Translations under genes and position numbers: made by a program
The notes under the pieces: generated by a model
Told to the model about the DNA's origin: nothing
Database searches by the model: none
Seen by the model: the letters and a program-made list of their open reading frames with translations, nothing else
Part shown: piece by piece, positions 1 to 10,955 of the stretch
Numbering within the stretch: position 1 is the stretch's first letter
Layout of the letters: the number at the start of each line of letters is the position of its first letter
NCBI GenBank assembly: GCA_026414165.1
Contig: JAOAJN010000003.1
Span: forward strand, 579 to 64,578
DNA from: Candidatus Methanomethylicaceae archaeon
GTDB taxonomy: Archaea; Thermoproteota; Methanomethylicia; Methanomethylicales; Methanomethylicaceae
Length of the DNA: 64,000 nt
Reading direction: 5' to 3'

Positions 1-2132
1 AGCGGTTTTGGATTCATAGGTGTTGGAGCGACTTTCCTCTCCTTGGAAAGGTCCTGCAGGTCTAGCACTATCTTGTTCATGTACCATATCTGTCTGTCCA
101 TAATTCTAAGTCTATCGAGGATTTCAGTCTTTGATTTTGGATCAAAATCAGCCTTCGTGATCTTTTCACTCAAGAGGTATACTATGTTTTTCATGACCTG
201 AAGTGGATTTCGGAGGTCGTGCCCCACCATGATCGCGGTCTGACCTATGGCTGCGAGCCTATCCTTTTCCCTCAACTCCTTGGTCCTCTCCTCAACAAGC
301 TCCTCCAGGTACTTGGAGTACCTCTCGAGCTCCTCCGAGTATTTCCTTATTTGTTCCTCCATCCATTTTCTTTCCGAGATGTCCAAAACTACGCCCTGGT
401 AATGAGTTACCAACCCCTCATCGTTCTTTCTTACCCAAGTTCTATCGTAAACCCATCGAATATCTCCCCCTGCGGTGACGATTCGGTACTCCTGTGCAAA
501 CTCCTCAAGACCCTTTAATGTGAAGTCTCTCACCTCTTCTGCTACCCTCTCAAGGTCATCGGAATGAATTATATGTGCGTATTTTATCTTCCCACTCGTG
601 AAGTCTTTGGGCATGTAGCCGAACTGCTGAATGTTGTTAGACACATACTCCACTGGCCAACCCTCCTCATTCTTCCAAACGAATGCAATGGCAGGGCTCT
701 TGTCGATGATCTCTCCTAACCATTTCAATTCCTCAAAAAGCTCTGCAAAGCCAACTTCCAATATCTTCCTTTTTGTAATGTCGGTGATCGACAATATTGC
801 TTCATTGATCTCTGGTACAATGCCGATAGAGATCAAACTAAATATTATATTCCCGTATTTGTCCTTAATTTTAGCCTCAAATGTAGCCAAACCTCTCTCT
901 TCCATAACCTTTTGATAATTAGAAAGAAATGAGAGGTAATCCTCATCATTTAGGAGGGCGGCACAATTTATCTTTCCTTCAGCTTCTTCTCTTGTATAGC
1001 CTGTAAGTTTTCCAAATAGATTGTTTGTAAGAGTTATTACCATGTCTTTGTTGACCATTGCAAGAGCAACTCCAGCACTTTCAAATATGTTACGAAACCT
1101 ATTTTCAGATTCCGTTAACTTCTGGGTCTCGGCGAGTCTGTTTAACATCTCATCAATAGACCGATCGAGCTCTGAAAGCTCATCGTCGCCCTTCAAAGTC
1201 AATCTATCTATTTGTTTTGGAACCCTTCTCACGCTTTTGACATAACCTTCTAGTTTCTTTAACTTTGAAAATACTGAAAAATTCATCAATGTGAGTATAA
1301 CAACTTCTAAAAATATATAGGATAAAGTAAATAAAATTAAAAACTGTGTTGCTACAAACCTCCCTTGCTGGTAAAGAATTCTTGGAATTTCGCCTTGGAT
1401 CGACAGTATCGGTCTGCCATAAATATCATTCATAGTAAATGTGCCAGCAACAAATCTCTCGTTTATAGGCTTTACAGTGATCACTCCTGTCGGAAGAGGA
1501 GTCGAATCTTTGATTATATGCGCTGAGGTTTTTACCCCAGCCATGTCCTCAACCCACTGTAGCAGTTTCTCGTCAAAGTACCTTCCGAATATCAAGAAAC
1601 CTCTGGGCGGACCATCTCTATTGCTTTTGAGAATGGGTTTTGACACGACCATCATTGGTCCGTTTTCGGTCATGATGAAGCCAGAGGTCCCGGAGCCGAC
1701 TATTAGTGGAGAGGTGCCCGAGTGGATCTCATATAGCAGATCGTCTGGTATAACAGACTCCCCCCCTTTGTAGAGGTCTAAAGCCTTGCCAAAAACAACA
1801 TCATTCGAGGAATTAACGAAGAGCATTAGATTCACATCAAGAGTTATAAAGGTGTCATCTGGAAGGTTGCTTCGGATATATTCTTCGTTTTTATCAACAA
1901 TAAACTGGTAGGTATCATCCCATGTACTCCAGTCAACCAAGCTTTTCTCTAAATAATCAAATTTCATATTAATTGTGCGAGCAACCTTCTCCATTTCGTC
2001 TTCTACTTCTATCGCTTCATTTTCCAAGAAACCCTTCATTACGAAAGCCTCGATATAAATATGAGTTACTCCTAAGAATAGGAAGGTCGTCACTAAGAAA
2101 ATGATTAATGTTTTATGCAGGACTTTCATCAT
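1..2132 (-). CDS. CHASE4-HAMP-PAS-PAS sensor histidine kinase (3' end runs off window)
   Basis: Not in ORF track; translated by hand from ATG ATG at 2132 (GGTG RBS upstream): N-terminal TM, CHASE4 motif DWSTWDDTYQFI..N.EYIRSNL, two PAS-like segments, HisKA H-box RLAAIGQTAIMVGHDLRNPLQVM with His codon at 219-221 in the same frame. Confidence 0.9.
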   Translation of the reverse strand, partial: MMKVLHKTLIIFLVTTFLFLGVTHIYIEAFVMKGFLENEAIEVEDEMEKVARTINMKFDYLEKSLVDWSTWDDTYQFIVDKNEEYIRSNLPDDTFITLDVNLMLFVNSSNDVVFGKALDLYKGGESVIPDDLLYEIHSGTSPLIVGSGTSGFIMTENGPMMVVSKPILKSNRDGPPRGFLIFGRYFDEKLLQWVEDMAGVKTSAHIIKDSTPLPTGVITVKPINERFVAGTFTMNDIYGRPILSIQGEIPRILYQQGRFVATQFLILFTLSYIFLEVVILTLMNFSVFSKLKKLEGYVKSVRRVPKQIDRLTLKGDDELSELDRSIDEMLNRLAETQKLTESENRFRNIFESAGVALAMVNKDMVITLTNNLFGKLTGYTREEAEGKINCAALLNDEDYLSFLSNYQKVMEERGLATFEAKIKDKYGNIIFSLISIGIVPEINEAILSITDITKRKILEVGFAELFEELKWLGEIIDKSPAIAFVWKNEEGWPVEYVSNNIQQFGYMPKDFTSGKIKYAHIIHSDDLERVAEEVRDFTLKGLEEFAQEYRIVTAGGDIRWVYDRTWVRKNDEGLVTHYQGVVLDISERKWMEEQIRKYSEELERYSKYLEELVEERTKELREKDRLAAIGQTAIMVGHDLRNPLQVMKNIVYLLSEKITKADFDPKSKTEILDRLRIMDRQIWYMNKIVLDLQDLSKERKVAPTPMNPKP

Positions 2133-2209
2133 AGTACACCAGTATGGTGCTGTTCCAAATCTTTATACAGACAATATTTTACGGTCATTTCATATATATA
2201 GAATAAGAT

Positions 2210-3064
2210 TTAGGAGACCAGAATAATCCCTGCGCCTATGAGGATCCCACCCGCATATCCTATGGGAGGGATCACTTCTCCCAAGAATATATTTGCGATC
2301 ACCACTGCCACCACTATCTCAAAGAGGAGTATGATGCCAGTATTTACCACTGTAAGCTCCCTTAGTGCCCTATAGAAGAGGTAGAAACCGAAGATCGTGC
2401 AGACTATCGCCAAGTATATTATGGAGGATATCGCGAGCGGAGAGATATTAAAAGTCCAAGTTGATAGGGATAGGAAGGGCATTAGTCCAAGAGTTGAGAT
2501 GAGGGTCATAGACTCTGTGACTTCCATAGGGCTCATTCCAAGTTCGGTCGCAGCCCTCTTGTTATATATGTTTGAGTATGCCCAGACAATGCCGCCCAAG
2601 AATACGATAAGGTCCCCCAAGACAGAACCGCCACTGAGACGTGATATATCTCCTTCGGTCGTTATGAGTGCGACACCAATAAGCCCCAAGAGAATTCCTG
2701 CTATTGTCCTAGCAGTCATCTTCTCATTTAGGAGGTGGGCTGCGAATATTGCCATAAAAACGACGTTCACGTTAACCAATAGTGATGCCTTTGACGCTGT
2801 CGTGAGGGTCATCCCGTAAAATTCCATTACAAATCCTATGGCGTTGGTTATTCCGAGCACCCATAATATCCTGCTGCGGAAGAGTTTGCGGAGATCTTTT
2901 TTAAAGATAATTGAGTAGCATAGAACTACTAGAGAAGCTATTCCGAACCTTAAAAATACAAATAGGAACGGATCCATCTCTCCAAGTGCAGCCTTTACCA
3001 CCGGAAAAGAGACGCCCCATATAATTGTTGATAGGAGTAGACCAGCAGTAGCGCCCGCTTTCAT
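2210..3064 (-). CDS. EamA/DMT-family transporter
   Basis: ~10 TM, IIWGVSF..VK motif, two EamA repeats; start ATG 3064 or TTG 3091. Confidence 0.9.
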   Translation of the reverse strand: MKAGATAGLLLSTIIWGVSFPVVKAALGEMDPFLFVFLRFGIASLVVLCYSIIFKKDLRKLFRSRILWVLGITNAIGFVMEFYGMTLTTASKASLLVNVNVVFMAIFAAHLLNEKMTARTIAGILLGLIGVALITTEGDISRLSGGSVLGDLIVFLGGIVWAYSNIYNKRAATELGMSPMEVTESMTLISTLGLMPFLSLSTWTFNISPLAISSIIYLAIVCTIFGFYLFYRALRELTVVNTGIILLFEIVVAVVIANIFLGEVIPPIGYAGGILIGAGIILVS

Positions 3065-3272
3065 AAATAACCGTACCCCGAAGAGCTTCAAATGATATTG
3101 GAGGAGTTATTCTTTTGAGTTATTTAAACAATTGGATGGTGTTTCCCCATCAAGAGGTTGGCTAGGCGGATACTTTTTTGAAAAGGATCGGCTAAGAGTA
3201 ATCCGATCATTCCATTCAATATGTTTTTATCGGTTAAGGCTCTCGCAGGACAAAATTCGGAACGCTTTCTCT

Positions 3273-4028
3273 TTACTTACTTTGTATTGGAGAAAGCCAA
3301 GTTTTTTCTCCCACAGGGCAGTTCCTTATGCAAACGCCGCATGCAGATCCCATGTCCCTGAGTTGGTTCCAGTAAACCCAGCACCTCCTCACGTCAGTGC
3401 CTCCCTCCACGCTAATCGCTCCTATCGGGCAAGACCTCACACACTTTTGACATGTATTCGACTGGATCTTCTCTAAGCAAATCTCCCCAGAGAATGCATT
3501 TCCTTTAACTAAAGGAGCCTCGGTGACTATGCTTATCCAGCGCACCCTCGGCCCATATTCCGGAGTCAGCAATACGCCGCATATGCCCTTCTTTCCGAGA
3601 CCCGCTGCCTCAGCAGCAGCCATGTGGTTGAATGATGGAACAAACTTCTGGTAGCCAGCTTCGTACTGCCTCCAGAGCACTTTGTAGTTGTCCGTCTCGG
3701 GGAAGTGTATGCTCTCATATCCGCTTCTCTTAAGAAACTTTGCGACCCCATAAGCCGCGGCGTTTAAACACTCGTTTATTGTATCGTAGTGTTTGCTGTA
3801 GATAGTGCTTGGTGTTGTATTGAGGACATGCTTTATTACAACCATCCCTAGGACGACTACGGACTTCGCTCCCTTTAGGTAGTCTTGCGGACGGTGTCCC
3901 TCGGGTGCCGCCTGAAGCAATCGGTTGAAGGGATCTGCAACGCCAAAGATGTCGGCACCCAAGGATTGTGCATAGTCCCTAACGGACTCTGTAAGCTTCT
4001 TTTTATCCCTCACTTTCACTTTTTGCAT
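3273..4028 (-). CDS. QueG/reductive-dehalogenase-like 4Fe-4S protein
   Basis: GADIFGVA, HMAAAEAAGLG..G..G.LLTPEYGPRVR, CxxCxxxCP and CGVCIRNCP clusters. Confidence 0.8.
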   Translation of the reverse strand: MQKVKVRDKKKLTESVRDYAQSLGADIFGVADPFNRLLQAAPEGHRPQDYLKGAKSVVVLGMVVIKHVLNTTPSTIYSKHYDTINECLNAAAYGVAKFLKRSGYESIHFPETDNYKVLWRQYEAGYQKFVPSFNHMAAAEAAGLGKKGICGVLLTPEYGPRVRWISIVTEAPLVKGNAFSGEICLEKIQSNTCQKCVRSCPIGAISVEGGTDVRRCWVYWNQLRDMGSACGVCIRNCPVGEKTWLSPIQSK

Positions 4029-4129
4029 TCCCTTCTCTGCATATTATATGTGGCAGCGGCATTAAAAGTGTTGTATAAAATATAATTGCAATTTTGAGCG
4101 GGCACTTCCAATAAAATGATCGGGGCAGG

Positions 4130-5155
4130 TTAGCCGCTTGTAGTTGCAACGAGGATGTTGTCCTTGACCCTCAAAAGCCTAACGTGTAATTCTGCTCCTA
4201 CAGGAAGCTCTACACCTACCACTGTTACGACCCATCTCTTGTCGCGGGTGATCGCAAGACTCTCCCCTTTGAACCAACCCGGCCCAATAACATTTACGGA
4301 GATCCTGTCCCATTTGCGGTAAGGAACTTTGAGGCTAATGGCGGGTCTTATCCCGAAGTCTGACGCCTTGAGTATGAGCTTAGTACCAGTCCTGAGCTCT
4401 AGTTCCCTGAGCCTTTTGTAGAACTCGTACCAAGTCATGAACCTCATCTCTTTAACCCTTCTTCCGAACTTGTGTCGTTCGCACTTTTGAATGCCCAGCG
4501 GCGGACAGTTTCTACCTGCGCCGAGCTCCTTGGCGAGTCTAATTATCTTTTCCATTTCAAGGTCGTTCAGTGGGTGAACCCAGACAGGCGCAATCAGCAG
4601 ATCGATTTTAGTGTTTTCGGTGATGTACTTTGCCATCTCGATAACTCGGTTTACATTGTAATCGTATGTCCCCGCAAGCCTCTTTGCAAGCAAGGGATCG
4701 AGCGCATCGATGGAAAGGTTTATCCTGGAAAGTCCCGCATCATCCAAGTCTTCGATTAATTTCTCGTTTAAGAGATGCCCGTGCGTCTGCATTGAGATTG
4801 TAGCGACTTCCCTGATTTCGCTTATTCTATGCACAAGGTCGACTATATTAGGGTAAGTCAGAGGATCTCCCACCGTGTCGATATGTGCCTCAACGCCCTC
4901 CCCTTTAATTTTGACGAGATTTCTTGTCCACTCCAATATATGGTCAAGCTCAACGAGGTACTCAGCCCTTCTCCTCTTGCTCTTTGGTCCAGCGTCCGTT
5001 GAGCAGAAGATGCAATTAAGCGGGCAACATGTTGTGGGTCTAATCTGTAGGACATTCGTTCCCCTGTCGATTATGCCGAAGTACACCGTCCCGACCAAAG
5101 GTATATCGTCGGGCACTTTGAATAGTTCAACCATCTCCATTCTCCACTTTCCCAT
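4130..5155 (-). CDS. Radical SAM protein with C-terminal TRAM-like domain (archaeal COG2100-like)
   Basis: CPLNCIFC motif, IIDRGTNVLQIRP, C-terminal OB/TRAM-like strands. Confidence 0.85.
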   Translation of the reverse strand: MGKWRMEMVELFKVPDDIPLVGTVYFGIIDRGTNVLQIRPTTCCPLNCIFCSTDAGPKSKRRRAEYLVELDHILEWTRNLVKIKGEGVEAHIDTVGDPLTYPNIVDLVHRISEIREVATISMQTHGHLLNEKLIEDLDDAGLSRINLSIDALDPLLAKRLAGTYDYNVNRVIEMAKYITENTKIDLLIAPVWVHPLNDLEMEKIIRLAKELGAGRNCPPLGIQKCERHKFGRRVKEMRFMTWYEFYKRLRELELRTGTKLILKASDFGIRPAISLKVPYRKWDRISVNVIGPGWFKGESLAITRDKRWVVTVVGVELPVGAELHVRLLRVKDNILVATTSG

Positions 5156-5224
5156 TTATTAAAAATCCCATAGGTAAGTTTATCTCTATAATTGGGGGGT
5201 AAATCTACCATTAGGTGCCATTAT

Positions 5225-6619
5225 ATGAATGATCTTAAGGCCCTCTTCTCCCCCAAGAGTGTTGCCATAATTGGTGCATCAAGGAACCCAAAGAAGATTG
5301 GCTATGAACTTGTGTATAATATCATCAGCGGAGGTTACGAGGGAAGAATTTACCTCGTTAACCCTGAGGGGGCAGAGATCATGGGCCTCAAGTCCTACGC
5401 CTCGGTAAGACTCATACCTGAAGATGTGGATCTAGCGGTTATCGCGGTTCCTGCAGTTTATGTCCCCGACATATTGGAAGAGTGTGGAGAGAAGGGTGTA
5501 AAGGCAGCGATCGTTATAAGTTCAGGATTTAGAGAAGTAGGCAATTTTGAACTCGAGGATAAGGTCTTATCGGCGGCGAGGAAGCATGGAATCAGAATGC
5601 TCGGTCCGAACGTCTTCGGACTGTACTATGCACCGTCCAAGATGAATGCCACTTTCGGGCTAGCTCGAGTTTATCCTGGGCGGATCGCGTTCGTGACGCA
5701 GAGCGGAGCCCTTGGTATAGCAATGATGGGATGGGCAAACTTGTACAAGATCGGTGTTTCCGCCGTGGTAAGCATGGGCAACAAGGCAGACCTTGACGAG
5801 GCAGACATGTTAGACTACTTCTCCTCGGATGAGGAGACCAAGGCAGTACTAATTTACATTGAAGGGGCAAAGGATGGGCGGCGCCTGATGTCCTCGCTCA
5901 GGGGCATAACATTGAAGAAGCCAGTAGTCGTCATCAAGTCGGGGAGAACAGAGAAGGGAGCCTCGGCTGCAGCGTCTCATACGGGCTCTCTTGCGGGCAC
6001 AGACAGAATTTATGATGTAGCTTTTAGGCAGGGTGGTGCTCTCCGCGCTATGGACCTGACAGAAGCATTCGATTGGGTCAAGCTGATGACTATGCAGCCA
6101 CCCCCTACAAATGAGAATTGCATAATTATTACAAACGGAGGCGGTGTCGGCGTCATGACAACAGACGCCTGTGAAGAGGCTGGCGTCAACATTATGCCAT
6201 TACCTGAAGATCTTCAGTTGGAGTTCAAGAAACTGATGCCGGTCTTTGGGAACTTTAGGAATCCTGTCGACCTGACCGGGCAGGCCTACGAGGATAGTTA
6301 TTACAGGTCTGTGGAATTGGCACTCCGTGATAACAGGATTGGTTCCGTTATCGTCCTGTATTGCCAGACCGCAATTACTGATCCGGTATCCATAGCAAAA
6401 GCCATAGCAGATGCCTGTGAAGGGCAAAGGTTCAGCAAGACTGTGGTGACGAGTTTCGTTGGCGGCGCACAGTGTGAGGAGGCTATGCGAAAACTCGACG
6501 AGCTCTCCATACCTTCATATCCGATCCCTGAGCGTGCGGTGTCGTCTCTGGCAGCATACTACAGGTGGCAGAGGTACAGGTCTATACGGGCAAAAATAGA
6601 TTCCCAAGAGAAAAGTTAA
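5225..6619 (+). CDS. acdA: Acetate--CoA ligase (ADP-forming) alpha subunit
   Basis: PKSVAIIGAS, QSGALG, SHTGSLAG phospho-His motif, TNGGGVGV, NPVDLTG. Confidence 0.9.
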   Translation: MNDLKALFSPKSVAIIGASRNPKKIGYELVYNIISGGYEGRIYLVNPEGAEIMGLKSYASVRLIPEDVDLAVIAVPAVYVPDILEECGEKGVKAAIVISSGFREVGNFELEDKVLSAARKHGIRMLGPNVFGLYYAPSKMNATFGLARVYPGRIAFVTQSGALGIAMMGWANLYKIGVSAVVSMGNKADLDEADMLDYFSSDEETKAVLIYIEGAKDGRRLMSSLRGITLKKPVVVIKSGRTEKGASAAASHTGSLAGTDRIYDVAFRQGGALRAMDLTEAFDWVKLMTMQPPPTNENCIIITNGGGVGVMTTDACEEAGVNIMPLPEDLQLEFKKLMPVFGNFRNPVDLTGQAYEDSYYRSVELALRDNRIGSVIVLYCQTAITDPVSIAKAIADACEGQRFSKTVVTSFVGGAQCEEAMRKLDELSIPSYPIPERAVSSLAAYYRWQRYRSIRAKIDSQEKS

Positions 6620-6665
6620 GGTCAAATGGGCAGAGGTCTAGGAATAAAAATTTTATTATTTACTT

Positions 6666-7280
6666 TCAGTCCCACCACTTTTTCTGGAGGGGCATTGCTA
6701 TGATCTCCCTTATCTCGAGACGCTTTTCATTCTCCTTGGAGAAGACTGTCCCTGGATAAGTTGATCTCACCACTATTGCGGTATCTGCGCCAACCCCGCT
6801 CCCTCCAACTCCGATAACGTCCTTGAAAGGTTCAAGAACCCCGCAGTCCACAGCAGAGAGCACAACCTCAACTGCGACCTTCATTCCCTGCCCAAAAGTG
6901 TAGAGGGTCTCCTTGAAAACAGTCTCAGGGGTCGGAAAACAGTACTTAGAGGTCTCGTATAGGGATCCGTGGAGCACGTAGGGGATCTTGTCCAAAACTA
7001 TGACGCCCAACCTCTCAAGCTCATCTTTAATTTTTGGATCAATGCAGGGGTATTCGTTGCCCCACTCCCTCCTAAATGGACTCTCAGAGACGCATATTAT
7101 CCGGGCCTCATCTTTAAGTGCCTTGGCGAACTTCAAAGCAGTAGCTCCGGATGTGCTGGCAACAACAACGTCCCTTATATCACTCCTCTCGATATACTTT
7201 GTGACGGCTTCTACCACGAGGTCGGTATTCTCCTCGCCAGGATTTAGAAAGTAATAAACTTCGCGCATTTTGAATGGCAT
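6666..7280 (-). CDS. Pyruvate-kinase alpha/beta domain protein (COG1751-like, uncharacterised)
   Basis: PGEENT, VVVASTSGATA, FGQGMKVAVE, GADTAIV motifs. Confidence 0.8.
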   Translation of the reverse strand: MPFKMREVYYFLNPGEENTDLVVEAVTKYIERSDIRDVVVASTSGATALKFAKALKDEARIICVSESPFRREWGNEYPCIDPKIKDELERLGVIVLDKIPYVLHGSLYETSKYCFPTPETVFKETLYTFGQGMKVAVEVVLSAVDCGVLEPFKDVIGVGGSGVGADTAIVVRSTYPGTVFSKENEKRLEIREIIAMPLQKKWWD

Positions 7281-7316
7281 GAAAACACCAGTAAAAAATC
7301 TGACGCTCCGCCCTCT

Positions 7317-9692
7317 TTAATTTTCCTCTTTTTTGGTAGGCGTTCGGTACCTCCTGAGGAGGAGCGAGTTTGAAACTACAGAGACCGAGCTTAAAGACAT
7401 AGCAAGGGCTGCGATCTCGGGCCTCAGGACCAGTGAAGGGTAAAGCAACCCAGCAGCAATCGGTATTCCAAGGGCGTTATAGATCAGTGCCCAGAACATA
7501 TTCTCCTTTATCTTTCTCATGGTCTTTTTGCTCAGTTCAATGGCGAGCACGACCCCTTCCAAGTCGCCTCCCGTCAAGATAATCTCACCCGCCTCCTTGG
7601 CGATCTCTGTACCGCTTCCAATGGCTATTCCAACATCTGCTTGGGTGAGGGCGGGAGCGTCATTTATTCCGTCCCCTACCATAGCCACAACTTCGCCCTC
7701 TGCTTGGAGTTTTGCTATGACTCTGGCTTTCTCATCAGGTCTAACGCCTGCCACAAACCTGTCTATTCCCAATGACTTGGCGATAGCCTTTGCAACCCTC
7801 TCATTGTCACCAGTCAGCATTATCACTTTTAGGCCCATGTTTTTGAGTTTATTCACCACATCCGTTGCCCCATGCTTCGGCTCGTCGAATATACCTATCG
7901 CCCCAACAACTCTCCCGTCGTAGAAAACGACCACGACCGTCATACCTTCTCCTTCCAATTCCCTAATGGCTTCGGGATCGGGAATGTTAATCCCAAGCCT
8001 TTCAAAGAAAGCTTTATTTCCAACCATTACCTTTCTCTCCAGAATCTTTCCTATCGCGCCCTCACCAGGAGATTCTTCGAATTCATCAAGCTTGTACAGA
8101 TCCGCCCCCTCGACCGCCTCGACGATGGCTTTTGCCAATGGATGTTCAGATCCCTTCTCCAACGAGGCAGCCACCCTTATCACCTCTTTCTCTCCCACAC
8201 CTGCGAGGTCCACGACCTTCACGACCCTAGGTCTTCCCTGCGTAAGGGTACCTGTCTTGTCGAAGACGATCGTCGTCAATTTCCTTACCTTCTCCAGGAC
8301 TTCACCGCCCTTTATCAGTATGCCCATCTCAGCACCTTTGCCTAGACCCACCATTATAGCAGTGGGGGTGGCAAGCCCCAAAGCACATGGGCAGGCTATG
8401 ACAAGGACGGATACAGCCATCATGAGCGAAAAACTAACCGTTCTACCTAAGAGGACCCAAGCGACGAATGTTATGAGAGCGATGCCTACGACAGTAGGGA
8501 CGAAGCGGGATGCGACTCTATCGGCAAACCTTTGGATCGGCGCCTTCCTAGCCTGTGCCTCTTCAACGAACCTTACGACCTGGGAGATGAAAGTGTCTTT
8601 GCCGACCTTTGTCGCCCTTATAGTGATGAGACCGGTCCTGTTTATGGTACCCCCTATGACGCTATCGCCCTCCTTCTTCTCGACGGGGATACTTTCACCG
8701 GTTACCATTGATTCGTCCACCGTTGCCCTACCCGATACTATTACACCATCAACAGGCACGGATTCGCCAGGTTTTACAATCAGAATATCGCCCACTACTA
8801 CATCGTCCGTAGCAACCTCTTGCTCCTTTCCATCTCTCAGGACCCTAGCGGTCTTCGGCCGAAGCTCCATTAGCTTCCTTATGGCGGAGGATGCCCTCGC
8901 TTTTGCCATCTCCTCAAGGTACCTGCCAAGAAGTACGAAGGTTATCAGTAGCGCGGCCACTTCGTAATAAATGTCTCCATGGCTGAAAAAGGTGTTAAAC
9001 ACGCTGAAGAGGTAAGCCGCGGAGACGCCAAGAGCGACAAGCACATTCATATCCGAATAGCCTCTTCTGAGGGATTTGTAAGCCCCTGTGTAGAAGCTCC
9101 TGCCCCCTACGACCAAGACTGGGGTGGTGAGTAGGAAGAGCACTAACTCTCTGTTTGGGAAATGCATCATTATCATGCTGATGGCGGTTATTGGTATAGC
9201 GAGAGCCAAGCTGACTATAAATTCCATCCTGTGCCTTGTTTTCTTTGACTCTGAGTCAAAAGGTAAAGCGTCTTCCTTCAATACAGGGGTGTAGCCCAGA
9301 TCCCCTATTATATCCTTCAAACGTCTCGGGCTAACTGCCTTAGGGTCGTATTCCACGACCACAGTCTTCGTTGCTAGGTTTGCGTTTGCGGCATAGACGC
9401 CCTCATATTTCATCAGCTCTTCCTCAATCTTGGCTATACAGGATGCGCACCTCATGTCATCGACGAAGATTACAGCCCTTTCCATCACCACCTTGTACCC
9501 TGCGTCTTCAACGGCTTTTGTAATACTTCTGAGGTTGACCTTGTCACCCTCATACTCCACTAAGGCGGAATTTGACCCAAAGCTCACTTCTACATTACTA
9601 ACGCCGTCTATCTGCCTTATCGACTTCTCAATAAGAGAGGCGCATGTTGCACAGTGCATTCCCTCAATTTCCATCACTACTCTCTTTCGCAT
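7317..9692 (-). CDS. copA: Cu(I)-translocating P1B-type ATPase
   Basis: Two CxxC HMA domains, [25 protein letters not shown] and MSLSS motifs. Confidence 0.95.
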   Translation of the reverse strand: MRKRVVMEIEGMHCATCASLIEKSIRQIDGVSNVEVSFGSNSALVEYEGDKVNLRSITKAVEDAGYKVVMERAVIFVDDMRCASCIAKIEEELMKYEGVYAANANLATKTVVVEYDPKAVSPRRLKDIIGDLGYTPVLKEDALPFDSESKKTRHRMEFIVSLALAIPITAISMIMMHFPNRELVLFLLTTPVLVVGGRSFYTGAYKSLRRGYSDMNVLVALGVSAAYLFSVFNTFFSHGDIYYEVAALLITFVLLGRYLEEMAKARASSAIRKLMELRPKTARVLRDGKEQEVATDDVVVGDILIVKPGESVPVDGVIVSGRATVDESMVTGESIPVEKKEGDSVIGGTINRTGLITIRATKVGKDTFISQVVRFVEEAQARKAPIQRFADRVASRFVPTVVGIALITFVAWVLLGRTVSFSLMMAVSVLVIACPCALGLATPTAIMVGLGKGAEMGILIKGGEVLEKVRKLTTIVFDKTGTLTQGRPRVVKVVDLAGVGEKEVIRVAASLEKGSEHPLAKAIVEAVEGADLYKLDEFEESPGEGAIGKILERKVMVGNKAFFERLGINIPDPEAIRELEGEGMTVVVVFYDGRVVGAIGIFDEPKHGATDVVNKLKNMGLKVIMLTGDNERVAKAIAKSLGIDRFVAGVRPDEKARVIAKLQAEGEVVAMVGDGINDAPALTQADVGIAIGSGTEIAKEAGEIILTGGDLEGVVLAIELSKKTMRKIKENMFWALIYNALGIPIAAGLLYPSLVLRPEIAALAMSLSSVSVVSNSLLLRRYRTPTKKEEN

Positions 9693-9758
9693 GTGTATCG
9701 CCTAAAGATCGCGAAGTGAAGTTTTAACCTTTATTGTTATAAATTGCAATGAGCGATG

Positions 9759-10394
9759 TTAAAACATGTTTATTCTCCTAGATCCCAGTACGGTCCACAT
9801 GACCTTGGAGGGAGTAACTATCAAGTCAACGGGTACATCCCACTCGTCCCTCGGAACATGATCCAAAACTTGGAGGTCATGGACCGTGGTGATCGCGATC
9901 GTTTTTTCTTCTATCGAGCCCGCTTTTTTCCAAAGGTTGTATTCAGTATCTGAGTAAGCCGTCCCCTTGCCGAGCCTGTACCCCTCCCGGCTAACGGCTA
10001 CCGAGCCAGCTATGAAAAGATCGATTTTATAATCTCCAGGATTGACAGGTTTGCCCTTTTCCATGAGACCCCTTATTGTGGAGTCGTAGAATGGATCTTC
10101 TGACCGTTCTATTGCCATAAAGCCTTTCGACAGTCTGGGTGTGGCGACGATCAAGATCTTACCGTCTCGCAAGACCCTTTCCCTGACAGGCCTCTGGGGA
10201 GAGTCAGGGTTGCATAGGACGACCTTAGCGCTATCGTAGTTCTCTAGGCTCTTCAGCCTCTCGGCGGCCTCGCTGGCGCCCCTGAAGTTCGGGATCCTTC
10301 CAAAGACTGGGAAGGGCGGGAGGGCGGCGTTCTTCTCCATCAGAGCCCTCCAGACTTTCATCCTTATCTCATCTTTAAGAGACTTTGAGACCAA
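9759..10394 (-). CDS. 5-formyltetrahydrofolate cyclo-ligase family protein (MTHFSD-like)
   Basis: RIPNFRGA, NPDSPQ, GSVAV..G.RLGKG, D.PVDLIVTP. Confidence 0.85.
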   Translation of the reverse strand: MVSKSLKDEIRMKVWRALMEKNAALPPFPVFGRIPNFRGASEAAERLKSLENYDSAKVVLCNPDSPQRPVRERVLRDGKILIVATPRLSKGFMAIERSEDPFYDSTIRGLMEKGKPVNPGDYKIDLFIAGSVAVSREGYRLGKGTAYSDTEYNLWKKAGSIEEKTIAITTVHDLQVLDHVPRDEWDVPVDLIVTPSKVMWTVLGSRRINMF

Positions 10395-10539
10395 GCGGTC
10401 GCCCTATAATCATATTTTCCATTCAAGTATTATCCTTTTTCTTATTTCCATTGTGCAGTAGCATTTGGTTTAATCTTTTGAGAAAATAATGGCAGAAATT
10501 GTAATATAACACGAATGTGAAGATACCTTGGTGGTAGAT

Positions 10540-10680
10540 TTGGCAATAGACCCTATCTGCAAGATGGTGGTTGACGAAAGAACTGCCGAATATAAATCTG
10601 AATATAAGGGAAGAACTTACTACTTCTGCTCTCGTGGGTGCAAGAAAGAGTTTGATGCTAACCCAGATAAGTACGCTTGA
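10540..10680 (+). CDS. YHS/TRASH-domain small metal-binding protein (46 aa)
   Basis: Not in ORF track; TTG start after GGTGG: MAIDPICKMVVDERTAEYKSEYKGRTYYFCSRGCKKEFDANPDKYA. Confidence 0.9.
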   Translation: MAIDPICKMVVDERTAEYKSEYKGRTYYFCSRGCKKEFDANPDKYA

Positions 10681-10955
10681 AAAATAAAATGTCTAGAAGC
10701 CTATAAACGAATCTGTCCTGCAAATTGGAGGACATAGCCAGATTCAATTCTTATTTCAACTTTGCCTTAATCCTTCTTAACAGCCGCATAATACAACTAA
10801 CAAGAATTATTCCTGATAGTTATGCGGTTTGGATTTGCGAGGATGTCAAAGCATTCTATATAATGATCTAAAACGAACTCTGTCGGCAGATTTTTTATGA
10901 GCACTTCAAGCTTTTACTTCACAACTTCAGCGATCGTTAGAAAACTTTAATGCAG

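Noticed and set aside
219-1773. Four plus-strand ORFs at the window start
   Set aside because: Antisense shadows of the minus-strand histidine kinase
3135-3208. GATGGTGTTTCCCCATC hairpin resembling the start of a fluoride riboswitch, plus a second hairpin near the EamA gene
   Set aside because: Downstream pseudoknot elements are absent, the resemblance is on the strand opposite to EamA, and the hairpins lie upstream of the likely EamA TATA box
5225-6619. acdA without an adjacent beta subunit
   Set aside because: Separately encoded alpha and beta subunits are normal for archaeal ADP-forming acetate-CoA ligases
7519-8967. Long plus-strand ORFs (up to 333 aa) antisense to copA
   Set aside because: Shadow ORFs with Ser/Thr/Pro-rich antisense composition and no motifs; the same applies to most short overlapping ORFs in the track
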